A stretch of DNA of 64,000 nucleotides, from assembly GCA_013265495.1 (NCBI GenBank), contig MU061560.1:620001-684000 (forward strand), read 5' to 3'. Below, in pieces: positions 57,816 to 64,000 of the stretch. This DNA is from Vicugna vicugna. Taxonomy: Eukaryota. The translations under genes were made by a program, and so were the position numbers. Within the stretch, counting starts at the first letter, position 1, and the number at the start of each line of letters is the position of its first letter. The notes under the pieces are model-generated. The model was given only the letters and a program-made list of their open reading frames with translations. It ran no database searches and was not told the DNA's origin.

Positions 57816-60750
57816 AGATCTATCTACCTATCAATCTATCTATATTTCTTTATCCATTTATTCGCTGATGGACATTAAGTTGTTTCCATGTCTTGGCTAT
57901 TGTAAATAATGCTGCTCTGAACATGGGGTGCATATAAAATTTTAAGCTAGCATTTTCATTTTCTTTGGATATATCCCCAGAAGTGGAATTGCTGGATCAT
58001 ATAGTAGTTTTTTTTTTAATTTTTGAGGATTTTCCATACCAGCTGTACCAATTTACAGTCCCACATCAGTGCACAAGATTTCCCTTTCTTCCACATCCTC
58101 GCCGATACTTGTTATTTGTGGTCTTTTTGACGATAGTCATTCTGACTGGTGTAAGGTGATAACCTCATTGTGGTTTTACTTTGCATTTCTCTGATTAAGG
58201 ATGTTGAGCATTTTAAAAAGTGACTGTTGGCCACCTGTAAGTCTTCTTTGGAAAAATATCTATTCAGATCCTCTGCCCGCTTTTTAATAGAGTTGTTAGT
58301 TTTTTTGATGTTGAGTTGTATGAGCTGTTTGTATATTTTGGATGTTAACCCCTTATTGGCCATATCAGTAGCAAATACTTTCTCTCACTTAGTAGGTTGT
58401 CTTCTTGTTTTTCCAATGGTTTTCTTTGCTGTGCAAAAGCTTTTAAGTTTAATTAGGTCCCATTTATTTAATTTGCATTTGGAGACAGATCCAAAAAAAC
58501 ATTGCAATGATTTATGTCAAAGAGTATTCTGCCTATGTTTTCTTCTAGGAGTTTTATTGTTGCCAGTCTTACATTTAGTTCTTAAATCCATTTTGAGTTT
58601 ATTTTTATATATGGTGTGAGAAAACGTTCTATTTCTCTCTTTAACATGTAGCTGTCCAGCTTTCCCAGTACCAGTATTGGAGAGACTGTCTTTTCTCCAT
58701 TATATATACTTGCCTCCTTTACCAAAAATTAATTGACCATAGGTCTGAGGATTTATTTCTAGCTTCTCTATTCTGTTCCGTTGATCCATATGTCTGTGTT
58801 TATGCCAATACCAAGCTGTTTTGATGACTGTAGCTCTGTAGTATTGTCTGAAGTCTGGTTATTCCTCCACTTTGATCTTTTTCATCAATATTGCTTTGGC
58901 AATTCTGGATCTTTTGTGATTCCATATAAATTTTAGGATTGCTTATTCTAGTTCTGTAAAATATGACTTGGGTAGTTTGATAGGGATTGCATTAAATCTG
59001 TAGATTGCCTTGGGCAGTATGGCCATTTAAACAATATTGATTCTTCCAATCCAATAGCATGGGATAGCTTTCCAATTCTTTAAGTCATCTTTAGTTTCCT
59101 TAGTCAATGTTTTGTAGTTCTTCACGTAAAAGTCTTTCACCTCCTTGGTCAGAGTTATTCCTAAGTATTTTATTTTTTGGATACAATTTTAAAAGGGATT
59201 GTTTCTTTGCTTTTCTGATATTTCATTGTTAGTGTAAAGAAATGCCACTGATTTCTGTATGTTAATCCTGCTACCTTGCTGAATTCTTTTATCAGCTCTA
59301 GTAGTTTTTGCAGGAGCGTTTAGGCTTTTCTATATACAGTATCATGTCATCCACATATAGTGACAATTTTACCTCTTCTCGTCTAATTTGGATCCCTTTT
59401 ATTTCTTTTTCTTGCCTGATTGCTGTGGCTATGACTTTCAATACTATGAAGAATGGAAGTGGTGAGAGTGGGCATCCTTGTCTTGTTCCAGATTTTAGTA
59501 GGAAGGCTTTCAGCTTTTCACCATTGAGTACTATGCTGGCTGCATGTTTGTCATCAATAGCTTTTATTATATTGAGATATGTTCCCTCGATACCCACTTT
59601 GTTAAGAGCTTTTATCATAAGTGGGTGTTGAATTTTATCAAATGCTTTTTCTGCATCTATTGAGATGATCATGTGATTTTTGTCCTTCCTTTTGTGGATG
59701 CAACTTGCGTATATTGAATCATCCTTGTGTCCCTGGGATGAATCATGGTGTACGATCTTTTTTATGTGTTGTTGGATTCTATTTGCTAATATTTCTATGT
59801 TCATCAGTGATATTGGCCTATAATTTTTTTTTTTTTGGTAGTGTCTGTCTGATTTTGGTATTAGGGTTATGGTGGCCTCATAGAATGAGTTTGGGAGTAC
59901 CTCCTCCTTTTCAATCTTTTCGAAGAATTTGAGAAGGCTCGGTATGAGCTCTTCTTTGTATGTTTGGTAGAATTCCCCAGCGAAGCCATCTGGTCCTGGA
60001 CTTTTGTTTGCAGGGAGGTTTTTTTATTGCCAATTCTGTTTCATTTCTAGTGATTGGTTTGTTCAAGTGGTCAATTTCTTCTTGATTCAGTCTTGATGGA
60101 ATGTATGTTTCCAGAAACTTGTCCATTTCTTCCATGTTGTTCAATTTTTTCCCATATAGTTGTTCATAGTATTCTCTTATGATATTTTGTATTTCTGTGG
60201 TATTGGTTATAATTTCTCCATTTTCATTTCTTATTTTGTTTATTTGTGTTCTCTCTCTTTTCTTCTTGGTGACCCTGGCCAGAGGTTTGTCCATTTTGTT
60301 TTTTATTTCAAAAAACAAGCTTTTGGTTTAATTCATTTTTCCTATTTTTTTTTAATCTTTATTTCCTCCCTGATCATTATTATTTCCTTCCTTTTGTTGA
60401 CTTTTGGTTTTGTTTGCTCTTCCTTTTCTAATTCTTTTAGGTGGAAAATTAGGTTGTTTACTTGAGATTGTTCTTGTTTTTTGAGGAAGGCCTGTATCAC
60501 TATGAACTTCCCTATTAGGACTGCTTTTGCTGCATCCCATAGAGTTTGTGTGGTTGTGTTTTTATTGTCATTTGTCTCAAAGTATTTTTTAATTTCTTTT
60601 CTGACTTCATCATTGATCCATTAATTTTTTTAGTAGCTTGTTATTTAATCTCCATGCTGTGTTTTTTTCCTCTTTTGTTTTTCTGTAGTTGATTTCTGTT
60701 TCATGGCACTGTGGTCAGAAAAGATGCTTGAAATAATTTCTATCCTCTTT
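57255..60750 (-). mobile_element. L1 LINE, 5'-truncated, with decayed ORF2 (reverse transcriptase)
   Basis: ORF 59298..59804 contains [25 protein letters not shown] and [10 protein letters not shown]; ORFs 59911..60318 and 60352..60540 are further ORF2-region text. Confidence 0.95.
57780..57814. repeat. (TA)n(TG)n microsatellite within L1 3' region
   Basis: atatatatatatatatgtgtgtgtgtgtgtgtgtg. Confidence 0.9.
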
Positions 60751-61876
60751 GCTGTCTCTCAAGGAAGGTTCTAAGGAGCTGATGGATTACACTTCACTTC
60801 CATCCCATTGGCCAGCATTTAGTCATAATCCTTTATCCAGTTTCAAGTGAGGTGGAGAAATGTAGTCTTCATGCTGGGTGCCACATGCTCTGTTAAAAAT
60901 CCAGTCTATGCCACACCTACCTTTCGTACAAATATAAAACATTTACCTTTGAAGGGTATCAGAATACTCTCCAAAAAAAAAATCACTTTAATTTTTTTCA
61001 GAAAAGGAAATTAAGATTTACTGTCTGGCTGATCTGACACATTACCTGCCCTGGGTAGAACAAATTATTTAAATAGGAAAACGTATTCAGTATTTCCATC
61101 TGGATTAGCAAGAACATGTCTCCTGATGCAACCCTAGCAGACAGGAGGGGAGTCCTTTCATTTTGTGACTCTGGAAGTTTCCCCTGACTCGACTTCTTCA
61201 GAAAGATGGAATTTGGTGTAAAAATGGACAGGACAGGGGCCAAGCATTGTGGATTTCAGGTCAGCAGGAAAAACAGCAAGTGAAACCTGGAGGTGTGAGG
61301 AAAGGCTGAGGCGGCAAAGAGATTCAGCAGGAAGGTTTCCCTCCTCTCTCGTATTTCCTGTTTTACCCTCAGGGAGTTTGCTTTTTGCTCTAAGATGACC
61401 CCCGGGACACTGTGAAAAGCAGAGGAATAAAACTGAAGGCAGAAGTTGAAGCCTGGGGACCCCTGGGCAGCAGCCAGATCTGCAAGAGGGAGGAAGGAAT
61501 CACTACCTCCAAGTGCCTAGGAGTCGGGCATTTTTGAAAACATCATCTCTTTTTATCCCCTCAACAATCCTATAATCAGTAATTATCAACTGCGTTTTAC
61601 CGATGAGGTAAAATCAACACTCAGAAAGTTAAACTAACCGCCAGAGTCACACAGCCACTGAGAGGTAAAGTCAGAATCTAAAATCCAAGTTCTCTCTACT
61701 CAGCTCAACTGATGTCTCATGGAAGTAACTGGAGATAATCTGACCAACTCATGCTCAAGCCAGCTTCCTTCCAAGATAATTTGGTCAATGATGGCACAAG
61801 TCGTGTTCCATAATTAGTAGTTAAAGGTGAGGAATGGTAGATCAAGTAAAGGAGAGAATGAAAAAGAGGCATAGTC

Positions 61877-61970
61877 TTTTTTTTTTTTTTCCAATGGAAG
61901 TTCTTGGGATTGAATCCAGGACCTTGTGCATACTAAGCATGTGTTCTACCGCTGAGCTGTACCCACCCCC
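61877..61970 (-). mobile_element. tRNA-derived SINE (Vic-1-like)
   Basis: poly-T then ggaagttcttgggattgaatccaggacc...ctgagctgtacccacccc. Confidence 0.8.
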
Positions 61971-62279
61971 ACAGCAGTTTCTGAAATGACTTTATAGCAT
62001 GCCTAGTTTAATTGAGCATCATTTTTTTCATCTTCATTATTCTCCTTGAAATCATAATGCAGTTCCCAGCTCTCTCATCATTCTTTAACCATAAATTTTC
62101 ATGGACTTTGTCCTAAATGCAGTGCAACAGCCACACTGGAAACCCTTGCTCTTTCACCTGCTGCATTTGAAAGAACAGTTGTCTCATAGGCCAGGTGATG
62201 AAGTCAATTTGCTCAAAAATATTGAATTCTTATTTTCTTTGAGTGTTCCTACATCGGGCAGGCAATGTTGGTTGACTAT

Positions 62280-62830
62280 CCTGCAGCCTCCCTTTTCCTT
62301 GCTCAATAGAATGGAATACATAACTTTGCTCAAGTATTCACCACCCGTGAGTCTCCAGGAAGGTAGCCTCAGCCTTGGGTGAAATATGATTGGTTTAAGA
62401 AAGGACTAGTAGTTTCATTTTTCTCACCAGGAGTTGATTTAGGAATGGATGTGTGATGTAATTCTGGGCAATATGAAATGAGAGCTGTCTGATGGAGGCT
62501 TCTGGTAAAATTTTCTTTAATGAACAAAAAGGAGGTAAGAAAGGAGTGTTACTCTTCTGGTCTTTGGATATGGCTCTGTAAAGATGGGATGTTTGGAGCT
62601 GCTGCAACCATTTTGTCAACATGAAGAAATCAAAACCTAACATAGTGAGGATGGTAGAGCAGGAAGATGAAAGGAATCTGGGTTCTTGATGACTTCAGTG
62701 AACTGCTAAAATAACCAAACCTGAGCCTACACTTTTTGTGTTACATGAGATAAAAACATTTATGGCATAAGACATTTTGAGTTAAACATTTTTGCTATTC
62801 AAATACAAATGAAGCATCTTAAGTGATAAT
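62280..62830 (+). mobile_element. MaLR LTR (MLT1-type) remnant
   Basis: ggagctgctgcaaccattttg...ggatggtagagcaggaagatgaaaggaatctgggttcttgatgac...catcttaagtgata. Confidence 0.65.
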
Positions 62831-63099
62831 CTGTAACAGGAGAAATAGAAAATGAGATGAGGAAATGGGTCATTTTAGGTATGAGTCACTAAAAGTAGGA
62901 ATATGTTAATATGCTACTTAACATGTCCAAATATAATTCTTTATAAAGCTGTTTTGACAATACCCACTAAAATAGATTACTTATATATTTTTTAAAATTA
63001 GGAACTGCAAAAATCTCTAATTAGAGCAAGGGGTAAAAGAAACAAACTGAGGAAAATAAATTTTGCCAATTTTCTAAATATTGGAATTTTCATGGACTT

Positions 63100-63228
63100 T
63101 AAAAAAAATTGTAGTCAGTTACAATGAGTCAATTTCTGGTATAGAGCATGATGTTCCAGTCATTCATGTATATATATATATATACTTTTTCATATTCTTT
63201 TTCATTAAAGGTGATTGCAAGATATTCA
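63100..63228 (-). mobile_element. Short L1 3'-end fragment
   Basis: Reverse-complement match to the L1 3'UTR at about 42515-42635 (gtagtcagttacaatg...ttctttttcattaaaggt). Confidence 0.7.
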
Positions 63229-64000
63229 TACCTTCCTATCAGAGGACTTAACTCCTTCTGGCTAAAAATGAAGGTATCGTCTCAATAATTCTTTGCTTCT
63301 CACTCTAACATTTCTTTATGAGAGATCTTTCTCTATTCCAGAAGACCTGGGTGGGTCCAGAGTGCCTTAACCGTCACCTGGAACTCTTCATTTCCCAGGT
63401 GAAGCAAAGGGCGCTGTGAACTGTGAAAATGTCACAGGGAAGTCAGTTTCATGATCTGTGAGTGGCTCCTCAGAAAGGTGCATCTCATTGGTCCTCAGTT
63501 CCAGGAGTAAATGCTCAATACATGTAGGCTGAAAGACATCCTAACTGAAAATGGAGATCCCTAGCTTCCTAAAGCACGAAAACATCCAAAAAACTCACTG
63601 TTACTGGGAGGAACATCCTGCTACGGTTCTAAGAAAATCTGCAACGGTTTGGGCTTGATTTTTATTCCTTGACAGAGGTATTGCGTTAGCAGCTTACAGG
63701 CGAAACGCAGGCTTCCGAGAGATTTAACTGTCTCTTGAAGCGAGACTTATGAGGAAGTCTGCTCAGCCAGAGATAGGAATGTCTGTCGCTGCCTCGGTCT
63801 GCTTTTCCGGGCTAGTATGTACCTCCGGAGTCATTTTCTTGTTCACAGATCAGCGGCACTCCGGATGGGAATGAGATAAAATGTTCAGGGACTAGTCTTC
63901 AATCTATTGAAACTGCTGGTTTGCGGATTTCACTAAACCAGGATTAAGCTAGGTATGGTTTACTACTTCCAGGTGTGGTTTACTGGTCCAGGCGATGAGC

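Noticed and set aside
59298..59804. 168-aa reverse transcriptase ORF as a novel RT system
   Set aside because: Ordinary decayed L1 ORF2 with internal deletions and frameshifts
63600..64000. CpG-containing stretch at the window end as an exon of the next gene (PKP2 is the human neighbour)
   Set aside because: No recognisable coding frame or splice pattern found; cannot be assigned from this window

Overview
Mammalian genomic DNA, most likely a camelid (alpaca/camel), judged from six copies of a tRNA-Ala-like SINE resembling the camelid Vic-1 family. The window holds DNM1L (Drp1, + strand) from exon 3 to exon 21 (1930-26177), including all three alternative exons (3, 16, 17). Exons 1-2 lie upstream of the window. 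The complete 5-exon YARS2 gene (mitochondrial tyrosyl-tRNA synthetase, - strand, CDS 37672-29106, 478 aa) lies tail-to-tail with it and has a CpG-island promoter. The remaining 26 kb is intergenic and rich in L1, LTR and SINE remnants. The most notable structures are: a nested L2>Tigger1>Tigger2 transposon stack with readable target-site duplications; a decayed class III (ERV-L-like) provirus with a tRNA-Ser primer-binding site in YARS2 intron 2; a solo LTR with an intact 4-bp TSD pointing at the YARS2 promoter; an apparently perfect 261-bp tandem duplication; an L1 that keeps both ends and its TSD but lacks most of its middle; and a sharp GC3 spike inside one DNM1L exon. I found no convincing evidence of a new biological system. 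Repeat family names are from recalled consensus sequences and need RepeatMasker/Dfam confirmation.
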